From NCBI GenBank assembly GCA_045646305.1, contig JAZRKK010000065.1:11660-75659 (forward strand): DNA of 64,000 nt. The letters are read 5' to 3'. Shown here one piece after another: positions 8,828 through 19,071 of the stretch; the stretch's first letter is position 1, and each line of letters starts with the position of its first letter. The notes under the pieces are model-generated. The model made no database searches. It was not told the origin of the DNA and saw nothing but the letters and a program-made list of their open reading frames with translations. Origin of the DNA: Acutalibacteraceae bacterium. GTDB taxonomy: Bacteria; Bacillota; Clostridia; Oscillospirales; Acutalibacteraceae. The position numbers and the translations under genes were made by a program.

Positions 8828-10500
8828 AAAGTTTCCTCCGGTGTGACAAAGATTGTTTTGTTGGTTGTATAAATCACCATTCCGGCTTTTGCGCCATTTG
8901 GTTTTTTAACATATTTTACAGGTGTATAATCTACGGGAACATTCGATGAACTTGCTGCTTTTGAATTTTTAGCGGCAAGTCTAGCGGCAAACAAGATTGT
9001 TTCATCGCTAAGCTCAGCACCAGAGCAAAGTACCACCACGTGTGAACCGTGAATGTTTTTTGTGTGGAACCACATATCATTTTTCGAAGCAAGCGTACAA
9101 GTTATATAATCATTTTGTAAATTGTTTTTGCCAACAATTATACGATAGCCTTCGCAAGATGTATATTCCACAAGCTGTGATTGTGGTTTTTTTCTTGACT
9201 GTTTTTTTGTAGTTTGTTTTATATATCCGCCAAGCGCTAGTTCCTCGCGTATTTCAGAAATATCAGCAAGATTTTTACAACGAGTAAGGCTTTCTGATAC
9301 TGATTCTAAATATTCGATTTCTTTAACATCGTTATCTATAAGCGCACCGAGCGACTGAACAGCGGCGCAGCTTTTTTTGTAATCTTTAAAATACTTCGCA
9401 GCGTTTTGTTGCGGCGTAAGAGCCGGGTCGAGCGGTATTTCAATCACTGACAAATTTTCATCATAATAATTTTGAACACAAGCAACAGTGCTGCCTTGTT
9501 CTATTGCGTAAAGATTTGCTTTCAGAAGTTCGCCATTTATTCTAAGGTCCTCACGGTCACGATTGTCCGAAAGTTCTTTTTGGCGAATTGCCATTCTTCG
9601 CTTTGCACGAGTTATAAGGTTTGATAAAAGCTTGGTAATATCGGCAGATGCCTTGTGTATACGAGCGGCATTTTCACGCTCAAAATAAAAAGCATCCAAC
9701 AATTCAGAAGGAGAATTGAATTTCTTTGTTGTGTAAAGACTGCCATATTGAGAAATAGGCATATAACAAAAGTCGGCCGGTGTTCCATCGGGTTTTGTAA
9801 GTATAACAAACTCGCCTGATAAAAGGTTGTCTTTTAATTTTTTTAAGGCAGTCGCTATACTTGGCTCATTTGATAACTCTCGGCAAACTAGCGGCGATAC
9901 GCCCTCTAACGTTTGTAAAAACGCTTGCGATAAATCATCAGAGTTAATATTTAAAATTTGATTTTCAACCGTTTGTAAATCGGTTTCAAGAATATTCGTC
10001 TTGTTCTGAGAATCAGGATATCTGTAAGTAGCGCCCGACATAATAAGACGATCGCTTTTTTCTATATCGCTGCGATGAACAGCATCATAAATCTTTCCAT
10101 CATCTCCAACAAGAATGATGTTGCTACTGTTACCAATTAGTTCGCAAATTATTTTAGGTCTTACTCTATCCCCCATCTCGTTGGTGGCATCAAAGGTAAA
10201 TTCTATTACACGCTCAAGGCCCTTTTGCGAAACATCAACAAGCCTTGCCGAAGAAAAAATCTTTCGAGCAAGCATACAAAACATTGGTGGAGTGTCGGGG
10301 TTTTCATATTTTTGTTCGGTAAAATGTACACGCGCAGTACCAGACGCCGCGCTTAAAACAAGGCGTTTTACAAAACCTTTTTTACGCAGTGTTAGCACCA
10401 GCACATCACGTGTTGGCTGATAGATTTTATCTACGTGAGAGTCAATTGCTGATCGCAATTCATTTGTCACGGTGTGTAAAAATCCGCCATCAAAAGCCAT
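8824..10500 (-). CDS. rqcH: NFACT-family ribosome quality-control protein (RqcH / FbpA-like)
   Basis: 558 aa. NFACT-N-like N-terminus MAFDGGFLHTVTNEL...IYQP and a C-terminal DUF814-type motif WFHTKNIHGSHVVV. Confidence 0.8.
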   Translation of the reverse strand: MAFDGGFLHTVTNELRSAIDSHVDKIYQPTRDVLVLTLRKKGFVKRLVLSAASGTARVHFTEQKYENPDTPPMFCMLARKIFSSARLVDVSQKGLERVIEFTFDATNEMGDRVRPKIICELIGNSSNIILVGDDGKIYDAVHRSDIEKSDRLIMSGATYRYPDSQNKTNILETDLQTVENQILNINSDDLSQAFLQTLEGVSPLVCRELSNEPSIATALKKLKDNLLSGEFVILTKPDGTPADFCYMPISQYGSLYTTKKFNSPSELLDAFYFERENAARIHKASADITKLLSNLITRAKRRMAIRQKELSDNRDREDLRINGELLKANLYAIEQGSTVACVQNYYDENLSVIEIPLDPALTPQQNAAKYFKDYKKSCAAVQSLGALIDNDVKEIEYLESVSESLTRCKNLADISEIREELALGGYIKQTTKKQSRKKPQSQLVEYTSCEGYRIIVGKNNLQNDYITCTLASKNDMWFHTKNIHGSHVVVLCSGAELSDETILFAARLAAKNSKAASSSNVPVDYTPVKYVKKPNGAKAGMVIYTTNKTIFVTPEETL

Positions 10501-10501
10501 T

Positions 10502-11179
10502 TTATCCTCCTAAAATATTTTTTAAATCCTCACTTAAAGCAAGGTAATATTTATACTCTTCTTGTTTATGAGTTACTTTCGATAAATCATTTGCGCATTT
10601 TTGTGCTATGCGATATTGCTTTTCTATGTACTTTATAGAGTCATCACAATCGGGATTTAATATACCAATTACCGATTGAGTAGCCGTAATATCATATGCG
10701 GTTCCAGAATAACGCACACACATTATTGAATAGATTTTTCCATTTTCGCTTAATGCCATTTCTTTTTCTATCGCAAAACCTTTTTGCGACAAAAACAATC
10801 GAAGCTCTTTGGCAGCCGTAGTAGGTTGTAATATAAGACTTACCGTGCTATCACATAAAAATTTTGCACGATCGATTATACCACTTATAACTTCGCCACC
10901 CATACCAGCAATTATCACCGTATCGGCATCATCACGCGTAACAGATGCTAGTCCATCACACAGTATAAGTTTTACATCTTTAATGCCTAGCGCTTGTAAA
11001 TTTGTTTTAGCGGACTGTAATGGCTTTTCATTTATGTCGGTTGCCATAACATTTTTACACTTTTTTGAACTATATAAAAATGCGGGCAGATAGCCGTGGT
11101 CTGTACCCACATCGCAAACGCTACTGCCCTCATTTACAAATTCCGCAATAAGCGATAGTCTTTTACTTAATTCTAGCAT
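10502..11179 (-). CDS. trmK: tRNA (adenine22-N1)-methyltransferase
   Basis: 225 aa. LSKRLSLIAEFV..VCDVGTDHGYLP is the characteristic TrmK SAM-methyltransferase N-terminus. Confidence 0.75.
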   Translation of the reverse strand: MLELSKRLSLIAEFVNEGSSVCDVGTDHGYLPAFLYSSKKCKNVMATDINEKPLQSAKTNLQALGIKDVKLILCDGLASVTRDDADTVIIAGMGGEVISGIIDRAKFLCDSTVSLILQPTTAAKELRLFLSQKGFAIEKEMALSENGKIYSIMCVRYSGTAYDITATQSVIGILNPDCDDSIKYIEKQYRIAQKCANDLSKVTHKQEEYKYYLALSEDLKNILGG

Positions 11180-11379
11180 TACTTATCTTGAAAATATGCA
11201 TTAAGTTTTTCTACAAGTTCATCTGCATTTGCGCCGTGAACTGCACAAGCCTGTTCTATTGACTCGCCGCGTGAAGCTGGACAGCCAAGGCAATGCATAC
11301 CAATTTCAAAAAAGTATTTTGCAGCGCCTGTATCTATATCCAAAACATCGCCTACGATCATATCTTTTGTAATTTTCAT
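11179..11379 (-). CDS. DUF1858 / hybrid-cluster-protein-associated redox disulfide domain protein
   Basis: 66 aa. MHCLGCPASRGESIEQAC motif. The stop overlaps the trmK start. Confidence 0.6.
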   Translation of the reverse strand: MKITKDMIVGDVLDIDTGAAKYFFEIGMHCLGCPASRGESIEQACAVHGANADELVEKLNAYFQDK

Positions 11380-11407
11380 TTTATTTACTTCCTTTCAATA
11401 TTTAAAC

Positions 11408-12379
11408 TTAAAACAATTTTGGGTTTTCATCCAAATTGGTTCTTGTGTGATTAAATAATTTGCGATTGTCAAGCGCCCAAACTCTGCCTGAAAAATCATT
11501 AGGCTGAGCAGATGCAACTGCCTCGCGCATTTCAAAAATTCTTGCATCCATAAGGTCAAGTTCTGAAAGAACCTCGGCCTCTATAAACATTGGTCTTACT
11601 GCTGCGCCAAATTCAGGTTCGCCATGGTGAGATAGTATCATGTGTTGAAGAAGCACTGATACTCTGCGATCAATACCGAGACGCTCGGCGTATTTGTCGA
11701 TCTTGGTCGCGCCCATAGCAATATGACCTAGCAAATTACCTTCAATTGTATAACCATCTGCAACACCTGCATCGTTTACATCAAATTCATCTATTTTTGA
11801 TATATCGTGAAGTATCGCACCAGCAAGTAAGAGTTCACGGTCAATAAATGGATAAACCGCACACACACCTTCGCACAAACGAACGATTGATAATGTATGC
11901 ATCAAAAGTCCACCGCGAAGCGCGTGATGAAGTTTAAATGCAGCCGGCCAAAAAAGTAAATTTTCACGATTATCAGAAAGCATTGTTGTAACAATGGTCT
12001 TTAAATTAGTATCTGTAAATGATGATGCTATATTCATAAGTTCATCATACATTTGTTCAGAACTATAACCAGATGTACGAACAAAATCTTCAATATGAAC
12101 ATTATCCGAATCTATCGCAGGTCGAATTCTTTCAATTCTTAACTGATCCGCGCCATTGTATTGCGAGATAGTTCCGCGAATTTTTACAAGATCGTTTGCC
12201 TTATATTCACCATGTTCTGCGGCTGTATATCGCCAAAGTTTTCCATTGATTTCGCCTGTGCTGTCGCCCAAGGTAAAATCAAGATAGGTGTCGCCTTTTG
12301 TTGATGTTTTTATTTCAACACTTTTTACAAGGCAAAAGCCGTCTACACGGCCTGTGTTATCAACAGGTGTAAAATTCAT
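11408..12379 (-). CDS. yhaM: 3'-5' exoribonuclease YhaM (OB-fold plus HD domain)
   Basis: 323 aa. N-terminal OB-fold region, and an HD domain with LLAGAILHDISK and ILSHHGEPEFGA. Confidence 0.75.
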   Translation of the reverse strand: MNFTPVDNTGRVDGFCLVKSVEIKTSTKGDTYLDFTLGDSTGEINGKLWRYTAAEHGEYKANDLVKIRGTISQYNGADQLRIERIRPAIDSDNVHIEDFVRTSGYSSEQMYDELMNIASSFTDTNLKTIVTTMLSDNRENLLFWPAAFKLHHALRGGLLMHTLSIVRLCEGVCAVYPFIDRELLLAGAILHDISKIDEFDVNDAGVADGYTIEGNLLGHIAMGATKIDKYAERLGIDRRVSVLLQHMILSHHGEPEFGAAVRPMFIEAEVLSELDLMDARIFEMREAVASAQPNDFSGRVWALDNRKLFNHTRTNLDENPKLF

Positions 12380-12398
12380 AATTACATTCCTTTACAAT

Positions 12399-13583
12399 TT
12401 ATTGACCGGTAAAATCACGATCAAATGTTATTACGCAAACGTAGGTTTTATCTCTTTCGCGTGCTTTTTGGCAAATTATATCATTAAGTTCTTTTTCACC
12501 AATTTTTACATCAGATGGAATAACAACATCAAAAATTAAGTTTGTTCGTGTATCAGATGCCGGTGTCATACGAAAATCATGAAGAGTCAATTTTTCATTG
12601 ATTTCTTTAATAACATCCACCATTGTTTCACGAGCTTTTGCGATTGATTCATTATTTGTGTCAATTGGATCCATATGTATAACTAAATTGACCGCTAATT
12701 TTTCAATAACCAACTTTTCACAAAGGTCGATTTTTTCGTGACAAGCAACTATATTAGCATCGTGTGGAACCTCAACGTGTACCGATGCAAATTGGCGACC
12801 CGGTCCGTAGTTATGCACTATCAAATCGTGTATACCATAAAACTCATCAAAGCTTAAAATTATATCACTTATGTCTTTTATAAGTTCCTGTTCGGGTGGA
12901 CCACCTAATATTTCATCGAGCGTATCACGAGCTGAACTAAATCCAGACCAAAGTATAAACAATGCCACACCAATAGCCATAACGGCATCAAGATTAAATG
13001 GCAAATTCGCAAATTTTGTGATTATTGCAGCTGCCAAAATAGCGCCTGTTGCTATGCAATCGTTTAGACTGTCTTTAGCTGTCGCTACAAGGGCTGTCGA
13101 TTCTATTGTTTTTCCGATTTTTTTATTAAAGAAATAAAGCCAACATTTCGTAATTATCGATGCTATAAGCGCCATAATCGAAAGTGTAGAAAACTCAGGA
13201 GAATCAACGCCATCACGCAAAGCGATTGCTGAATCTTTTAACAATTCAAATCCTACAAGCAATATCAAAAACGATACTACAAATGCCGAAATATATTCCA
13301 TTCTACCATGTCCAAATGGATGGTCACGATCGGCTGGTTTACCCGCAAGTTTAAAACCTATTAGCGTTACAACCGATGAACCAGCATCAGCTAGATTGTT
13401 TAAACCGTCCGCAGTTACAGACAACACTCCACCTAAAAGACCAATAAATATTTTTAGCGCACTTAGTAGTACATTAACACAAATCCCAACCACACTACCT
13501 AAATTACCATATCTATTACGCGCTTCAAGCGATTTTGTGTCTTTATAATCTTTTACAAAAAGTTTTATAAGCAACGCTGTCAT
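12399..13583 (-). CDS. Cation diffusion facilitator family transporter
   Basis: 394 aa. Six predicted TM helices, the motifs ADGLNNLADAGSS and HPFGHGRMEY, and a C-terminal cytoplasmic domain. The start overlaps the ddl stop. Confidence 0.8.
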   Translation of the reverse strand: MTALLIKLFVKDYKDTKSLEARNRYGNLGSVVGICVNVLLSALKIFIGLLGGVLSVTADGLNNLADAGSSVVTLIGFKLAGKPADRDHPFGHGRMEYISAFVVSFLILLVGFELLKDSAIALRDGVDSPEFSTLSIMALIASIITKCWLYFFNKKIGKTIESTALVATAKDSLNDCIATGAILAAAIITKFANLPFNLDAVMAIGVALFILWSGFSSARDTLDEILGGPPEQELIKDISDIILSFDEFYGIHDLIVHNYGPGRQFASVHVEVPHDANIVACHEKIDLCEKLVIEKLAVNLVIHMDPIDTNNESIAKARETMVDVIKEINEKLTLHDFRMTPASDTRTNLIFDVVIPSDVKIGEKELNDIICQKARERDKTYVCVITFDRDFTGQ

Positions 13584-14776
13584 TAAAGCTTTGCTCCTTT
13601 ACTTCCTTTTGAACCAAAAGATACGCCTGATAAAATGTTTGTATCAATTGTAAAGGTTAGATTGTCACGATTTCGTTGTCTACGGAATGCAATCTCGACC
13701 AAACGATCAAGCATATCGGTATATTTTAATCCTGTTGCTTCCCATAAGTAGAATGCAAGAGAGCCCGGTATTGTGTTAATTTCGTTAGCGTAAACTTTGT
13801 TTGTATCAGTATCTAACAAAAAGTCTATACGAACTACACCAGAAGCGCCTATAGCTTTAAATATTTTGCAAGAAAGTTCTCTAATTTCTGTTGCCTTAGC
13901 CTCATCGATATCGGCAGGGATTTTTCTTCCAAGCGAAGCCATGCCTTTTGAAGCTCCACCATTTTTACCGCCACCTAGATATTTATCTTCATAAGAAAGA
14001 ATCTCATCATTCATAAATGGCTCTTCGCAAACTGATGCTTCACATTCATCACTATCACCAAGCACCGAACAGTTAATCTCACGAAGATTGCAAATTGCTT
14101 TTTCTACAAGGATAACATCAGAAAAACTAATGCCAAGGCGAATTGCTTCATCAAGTTCATCTAGAGAATTAACCTTTGTAATACCAACGCTAGAACCTAA
14201 ATTCACAGGCTTTACTATAAGTGGAAAACCTATTTGAGCATTGATTTTACTTACAATACTCTCTTTATCCAACGTATATTCTCTTGCGCGGAATTTTATA
14301 CAGTCAAGAACAGGGAGTCCAGCTGACTTTAAAACATCTTTAAAAACTGCCTTATCCATACCGACAGCTGCTGAAATAATATCACAGCTTATATATGGCA
14401 AACCTAAAAACTCAAAATATCCTGCCATTGTTCCATCTTCGCAATTAGTGCCGTGAACAATTGGAAACGCTAAATCAACAGCTACATCTGGAATTTTTTT
14501 GAATTTTTTCTGATCAAGAAAGTGCATTAAAACTCTATCTTTTTCTTTTATAAAGGTTACTCTTTTAGCGGTTTTGAAAAGTTCTGGCAAATCGCGATAG
14601 TTTTCAATTTCAAAAAGAATATCACCTGTATACATTGAACCATCTTTTGAAACATAAACAGGGGTTATGTCATACTTTTCACGATTTATAGAGCGCATTG
14701 CTTGAACCGCTGAGATAATAGATACCTCGTGCTCAACAGTACGGCAACCGAAAAATACTGCAATATTTGTTTTCAT
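13583..14776 (-). CDS. ddl: D-alanine--D-alanine ligase family (long form)
   Basis: 397 aa. N-terminus VFFGCRTVEHEVSIISA, an ATP-grasp core, and C-terminal ANEINTIPG. There is an extra Gly/Lys-rich insert YEDKYLGGGKNGGASKGMASLGRKIP. Confidence 0.75.
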   Translation of the reverse strand: MKTNIAVFFGCRTVEHEVSIISAVQAMRSINREKYDITPVYVSKDGSMYTGDILFEIENYRDLPELFKTAKRVTFIKEKDRVLMHFLDQKKFKKIPDVAVDLAFPIVHGTNCEDGTMAGYFEFLGLPYISCDIISAAVGMDKAVFKDVLKSAGLPVLDCIKFRAREYTLDKESIVSKINAQIGFPLIVKPVNLGSSVGITKVNSLDELDEAIRLGISFSDVILVEKAICNLREINCSVLGDSDECEASVCEEPFMNDEILSYEDKYLGGGKNGGASKGMASLGRKIPADIDEAKATEIRELSCKIFKAIGASGVVRIDFLLDTDTNKVYANEINTIPGSLAFYLWEATGLKYTDMLDRLVEIAFRRQRNRDNLTFTIDTNILSGVSFGSKGSKGAKL

Positions 14777-14791
14777 AATAAAAACCTCTAA

Positions 14792-16366
14792 TCATTTAAG
14801 ATAGTTGTCGGGCAAATCATTTTCCCAAAGAACAACACTGTTATAATCAAGCATAGGTGTATAAATTTCTGTCGCTTCTTTAAAACTTGAAACAACATAT
14901 ACGTTATTTTGGTCGAAATCCGTAGTGTTTATAGCATCCATCATTGGTTTTGAACGTTCTTTTCCTACAAGAATTATTACATCACAATATTTTGATGCCT
15001 CAAGCCCTAACGCATAATTACAATCATATTCGCGAGAACCCAATTCAATTAGTCCGGGAGTTACTATTATCTTGCGTTTTCCTTCAAAAGAACCCAGTAC
15101 TCTTACCGCCTCAAGGCAACCCTCTGGATTTGAATTATAAGCATCATCTATAAGCAATGAACCGTTTGTAAAATTTTTAAGTTCAAGTCGATGCTCTGTT
15201 GGTTTTAATGAACCAATCGCAAACTTTATATCATTTTCATTTACGCCTAAAATGTGTGCCATTGCAGCAGCAGCTAAAATATCACTTACCGAATGAACAC
15301 CTAAAAGGCGAGTGCTAACGGTAAATACAGTTCCATCTAACCATAAATCAAATGTTGTTCCATCTTCACCACAAACTATATTTTTAGCCTGGTATTTTGT
15401 ACCTTCGCCAAAATACACAACATCACTACGGCTATCACTTCTTTCCTTGATTCCAACACTATCAAGGTTAGCAAGTGTTATACCACCTTTTTTTCTAACA
15501 GCACTAGCTAGTTCAAACTTTGTCCTAAAAACGTTGTTAACTGATTTAAAGGTTTCAAGATGTTGCTCACCAACTGAGGTAATAATGCCGTAATCAGGAT
15601 GCGCTATGTCGCAAATTTCTTTTATGTCACCAACATTTTTAGCACCCATCTCACAAACAAACATTTGTGTTTGTGGTTTTATATGGCCGCGAACAGTACG
15701 CACAACTCCCATAGGAGTGTTAAAACTTTGTGGAGTGCAAACGGTATTGTATTTTTCGCTTAAAATTCGATTTAGGATAAACTTGGTTGTTGTTTTGCCA
15801 TAACTACCAGTAATTCCTATAACAGTCAAATTTTTATGTGATTTTAAAATACGCTTTGCATCATTTATATACCAAGCACCAACTGCCTTTTCGATTGGAT
15901 ATGTTACAAGCCAAATTATCGTTGTCAAAACTGGAGTTACAACTGACAACGCAACACAAAGTATACGAGCCATGTTTCCGAAAACAGTGTAATAAGAGTA
16001 TATACTACCAAAAAGCACTACTCCTAAAATTACAATAGCTGTAATATACAATCTTTTTACTCTATCGGTAAAAACGAGTTTTTTAATTGATTTTTTATGT
16101 GTTTTGATATTCGAAAGAATTCTTACTACCAACAACACTATTGCAAGTATTAAGCACAACCATACTCTGTTTTTCAAAATAAATGTTGTAAGTGCACAAT
16201 AAAGTATTGCGCTTACAGCAAGTTCCAGCGTATAAGAGCCGCTTACCCATTTAAAATATCTTGATAGGAAGTATGAATTTTGCTGTAACATTTGAATTTG
16301 ACGATAAAGAGAAAATACTGCGCCAACCGTTAACAATAATAATGATACAAAAGGAATATATACCAT
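14792..16366 (-). CDS. MurF-type Mur ligase with an N-terminal multi-pass membrane domain
   Basis: 524 aa. P-loop GITGSYGKTTTK, plus EMGAKNVGDI, HLETFKS and DDAYNSNPEG (MurF-like). The first 165 aa or so form 4-5 hydrophobic helices in place of the usual MurF N-domain. Confidence 0.65.
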   Translation of the reverse strand: MVYIPFVSLLLLTVGAVFSLYRQIQMLQQNSYFLSRYFKWVSGSYTLELAVSAILYCALTTFILKNRVWLCLILAIVLLVVRILSNIKTHKKSIKKLVFTDRVKRLYITAIVILGVVLFGSIYSYYTVFGNMARILCVALSVVTPVLTTIIWLVTYPIEKAVGAWYINDAKRILKSHKNLTVIGITGSYGKTTTKFILNRILSEKYNTVCTPQSFNTPMGVVRTVRGHIKPQTQMFVCEMGAKNVGDIKEICDIAHPDYGIITSVGEQHLETFKSVNNVFRTKFELASAVRKKGGITLANLDSVGIKERSDSRSDVVYFGEGTKYQAKNIVCGEDGTTFDLWLDGTVFTVSTRLLGVHSVSDILAAAAMAHILGVNENDIKFAIGSLKPTEHRLELKNFTNGSLLIDDAYNSNPEGCLEAVRVLGSFEGKRKIIVTPGLIELGSREYDCNYALGLEASKYCDVIILVGKERSKPMMDAINTTDFDQNNVYVVSSFKEATEIYTPMLDYNSVVLWENDLPDNYLK

Positions 16367-16381
16367 AAGTTTACCTCGTTT

Positions 16382-17143
16382 TTATTTTATAAAACTTCTT
16401 AAAATTGCATGAGCCTCATAAGGCTTTTCGCAAAACGAAAAATGCCCTGTTCCCTTTATAACACAAAGTCCGGAATCTGATATAAGGCTTTCAATTGTTT
16501 TAGCATCCTCTAAAGGAGTTGCGGTGTCATTTTCACCCCAAATAAGAAGTGTTGGACATTTTATGTTAGGCAATATATCACGAATATCCGTGTTTACAAG
16601 TTTTACCAATGTTTTACGTAGCACTTCAGGCGCTGCATTATAATCTGCCGAGCCGTAATGTGCACGTGCTTTTTGAAGCAAATTTTCAGTATGATTTTTA
16701 AGCACCGGCAATGTTAAAACTTTTTTAATAATTTTAAAATTGCGAACACGCATTTTTTGTTTAAAACTCTTTTTAGGTATTAACCCAGCAGCATCAAGCA
16801 AAACAATCTTAGGTGGATTAACCTTTCCATCAGCTACAAGTTTCATTGTTACCCTACCGCCATGCGAATGGCCTATCATAATAGGGTTTTCTAAATTCAT
16901 AACTGCTAAAAAGCTTAAAACAAAATCACAATAATCATCCACGTCCCAAGGTTCGCTCATTGTTTCGCTGTTTCCGCAACCTGGAAAATTAACTGCATAA
17001 AGTTTGCATCTGTCCGAAAGCGCAGCAGCTATTCCTCGGTAGGTATCAAATGATGCGCCCCATCCGTGAAGCAACAAAACAGGAATATCACCTGACCCAA
17101 AAATTTCATATTCAGTTTTAAGTCCCTTAATTTCAGTAAACAA
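16382..17143 (-). CDS. Alpha/beta hydrolase
   Basis: 253 aa. Oxyanion region VLLLHGWG, nucleophile elbow GHSHGG, and a late GHF histidine region. The start codon is TTG. Confidence 0.7.
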   Translation of the reverse strand: MFTEIKGLKTEYEIFGSGDIPVLLLHGWGASFDTYRGIAAALSDRCKLYAVNFPGCGNSETMSEPWDVDDYCDFVLSFLAVMNLENPIMIGHSHGGRVTMKLVADGKVNPPKIVLLDAAGLIPKKSFKQKMRVRNFKIIKKVLTLPVLKNHTENLLQKARAHYGSADYNAAPEVLRKTLVKLVNTDIRDILPNIKCPTLLIWGENDTATPLEDAKTIESLISDSGLCVIKGTGHFSFCEKPYEAHAILRSFIK

Positions 17144-17246
17144 AAAACCACCTCATTTTTACATACATAATTATTATATCATTTTATTTTATATATTACA
17201 ATAGCATTTTTTATGTATATTAGGTAAAAATATTTTTGGTGATTAT

Positions 17247-17606
17247 ATGAAAATAAGGAAATTTTTAAAACCTGTGTTTATGGGAATAGCAGTTGGTGTA
17301 GTAAATGGTACTTTCGGCGCAGGCGGCGGTATGATAGCAGTTCCGTTGTTAAAGCGAAACGGACTTGACCAAAAGGCTGCGCAATCAAATGCGATAGCGG
17401 TTATATTGCCAATAACCATTATCAGCGCGATACTATATCTTTTAAAAGGAAATGTCAAGATTACCGACAGTTTTTACTTTATACCCACAGGGATTTTAGG
17501 ATCGGTTATCGCAACATTTGCTCTTGAAAAATTTTCAAATAAATTTTTACAAAAAATATTTAGTATTTTTATGATTTACGCAGGCATTCGCCTGCTGACC
17601 AAGTGA
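17247..17606 (+). CDS. TauE/SafE (TSUP) family half-transporter, first half
   Basis: 119 aa, about 4 TM helices, Gly-rich GTFGAGGGMIAVPLL motif. Confidence 0.7.
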   Translation: MKIRKFLKPVFMGIAVGVVNGTFGAGGGMIAVPLLKRNGLDQKAAQSNAIAVILPITIISAILYLLKGNVKITDSFYFIPTGILGSVIATFALEKFSNKFLQKIFSIFMIYAGIRLLTK

Positions 17607-17968
17607 ATATTGGCGCCCTTTTAGCAGGGCTTTTTTCCGGAATAATTGGCGGTATGGGTATGGGCGGCGGTGCAGTACTGATTATTTATCTTACAGTTTT
17701 TAAAAACGCAGAACAGCTACAAGCTCAAGGTGTAAATTTATTATTTTTTATACCCATCGCAACAGTTGCGATTGTTATTTATATTTTTAAAAAACAAATT
17801 AAATGGAGTGTTACTATACCACTTGCAATAGGTGGGATTTTGGGCGCTATTGGTGGTTTTTTATTAACGGATTTGATTGGTGGTAATTTCACAGCAAAAT
17901 TGTTTGGTGGTTTTCTTATTTTTCTTGGAATAAAAGAATTATTTAACAAAACAAAAAGTAACTCTTGA
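17603..17968 (+). CDS. TauE/SafE (TSUP) family half-transporter, second half
   Basis: 121 aa, about 4 TM helices, GGMGMGGGAVLIIYL motif. The GTG start overlaps the upstream stop by 4 nt. Confidence 0.7.
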   Translation: MNIGALLAGLFSGIIGGMGMGGGAVLIIYLTVFKNAEQLQAQGVNLLFFIPIATVAIVIYIFKKQIKWSVTIPLAIGGILGAIGGFLLTDLIGGNFTAKLFGGFLIFLGIKELFNKTKSNS

Positions 17969-17982
17969 AAGAAAGTAAAGCC

Positions 17983-18012
17983 TATGCTATAATAAAAACG
18001 AATAAATGTTCG
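17983..18012 (+). promoter_or_regulatory. lexA promoter -10 element with a LexA (Cheo/SOS) box
   Basis: Extended -10 TGCTATAAT (17985-17993), followed by CGAATAAATGTTCG (17999-18012). This is a near match to the Firmicute SOS box CGAAC-N4-GTTCG. It lies 14 nt upstream of the lexA start. Confidence 0.7.
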
Positions 18013-18025
18013 GCGAGGTGTTTTT

Positions 18026-18613
18026 ATGGATAAGGCTCCGCTTACCCCAAAGCAAGAGGCTGTTTATAATTTTCTTGTTAAAAAGATGCAAAACGGAATC
18101 CCCCCTACCGTACGTGAAATTTGTAACGCTACCGGTATTAAATCCACTTCCACAGTACACGCTATACTTGGCGCATTGGAGGAACAGGGTTATATTTTGC
18201 GAGATGCAAAATATTCTCGAGCTATAAGACTTGAAAACGATTTTGAGGCATCAATGGTACCGCTTGTTGGTCGCGTTACTGCCGGTCAACCTATTTTAGC
18301 GGTTGAACAAATCGAAGACTACATTCCCTACCCAACCAAAGATGCCGAAGGCCTTTTTGCGCTTAAGGTTGTAGGATACAGTATGCGAGATGCTGGCATA
18401 TTGCCTGATGATATTGTAATCGCTGACAAAAATGCGCCTTGTCGCAGTGGTGATATCATAATCGGTATGGACGGCGATGAAGCAACTGTAAAGCGTTTGC
18501 TTATTAAGGGTAACCAAGTAATATTTATGCCGGAAAACCCTGATTTTTCGCCCATTTATCCTCAAAAACCTATGGTGCTTGGTAAAGTGGTAGGTAGTTT
18601 TAGAAAGTATTAA
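18026..18613 (+). CDS. lexA: LexA repressor
   Basis: 195 aa. Winged-HTH N-terminus ([28 protein letters not shown]), cleavage region VAGQP, and a Ser/Lys dyad context GYSMRDAGI ... VKRL. Confidence 0.9.
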   Translation: MDKAPLTPKQEAVYNFLVKKMQNGIPPTVREICNATGIKSTSTVHAILGALEEQGYILRDAKYSRAIRLENDFEASMVPLVGRVTAGQPILAVEQIEDYIPYPTKDAEGLFALKVVGYSMRDAGILPDDIVIADKNAPCRSGDIIIGMDGDEATVKRLLIKGNQVIFMPENPDFSPIYPQKPMVLGKVVGSFRKY

Positions 18614-18621
18614 GGTGTGTT

Positions 18622-19068
18622 ATGCAAAAAATTGTTGAAATTTTTACCGATGGCGCTTGTTCTGGCAATCCAGGCCCAGGCGGATGGGGTGCTGTGCTTC
18701 GATACAATGGGCATGAAAAAGAACTTTCAGGCGGAGAAAAAGACACAACAAACAACCGCATGGAACTTACCGCTGTAATAAAAGCGCTTGAACAACTAAA
18801 AGAGCCTTGTAAGGTAACACTTACCACCGATTCTAAGTATGTTTCCGATGGTGTAGGCAAAGGATGGGCTGAGTCTTGGCAACAAAACGGTTGGCGCAAG
18901 GCCGATAAAAAGCCGGCTCTTAACCCTGATTTGTGGGAAAGACTTTTAGAGCTTCTCAAAATTCACAATGTAACAATAAATTGGGTGAAAGGCCATGCAG
19001 GTCATCCTGAAAACGAACGTTGTGATGAACTGGCTGTTGCTTTTTATAAAAACTTACAAAACAACTAA
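18622..19068 (+). CDS. rnhA: Ribonuclease HI
   Basis: 148 aa. [29 protein letters not shown], and [15 protein letters not shown]. Confidence 0.9.
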   Translation: MQKIVEIFTDGACSGNPGPGGWGAVLRYNGHEKELSGGEKDTTNNRMELTAVIKALEQLKEPCKVTLTTDSKYVSDGVGKGWAESWQQNGWRKADKKPALNPDLWERLLELLKIHNVTINWVKGHAGHPENERCDELAVAFYKNLQNN

Positions 19069-19071
19069 AAA

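Noticed and set aside
13583-16366. A vancomycin-resistance (van) cluster, suggested by ddl-like, murF-like and VanX-like genes in one window
   Set aside because: No vanH dehydrogenase, vanRS two-component system or vanY is present. The VanX-like gene is 45 kb away from the ligase genes. The Ddl N-terminal and C-terminal motifs look like ordinary D-Ala-D-Ala ligases. Specificity cannot be decided by eye.
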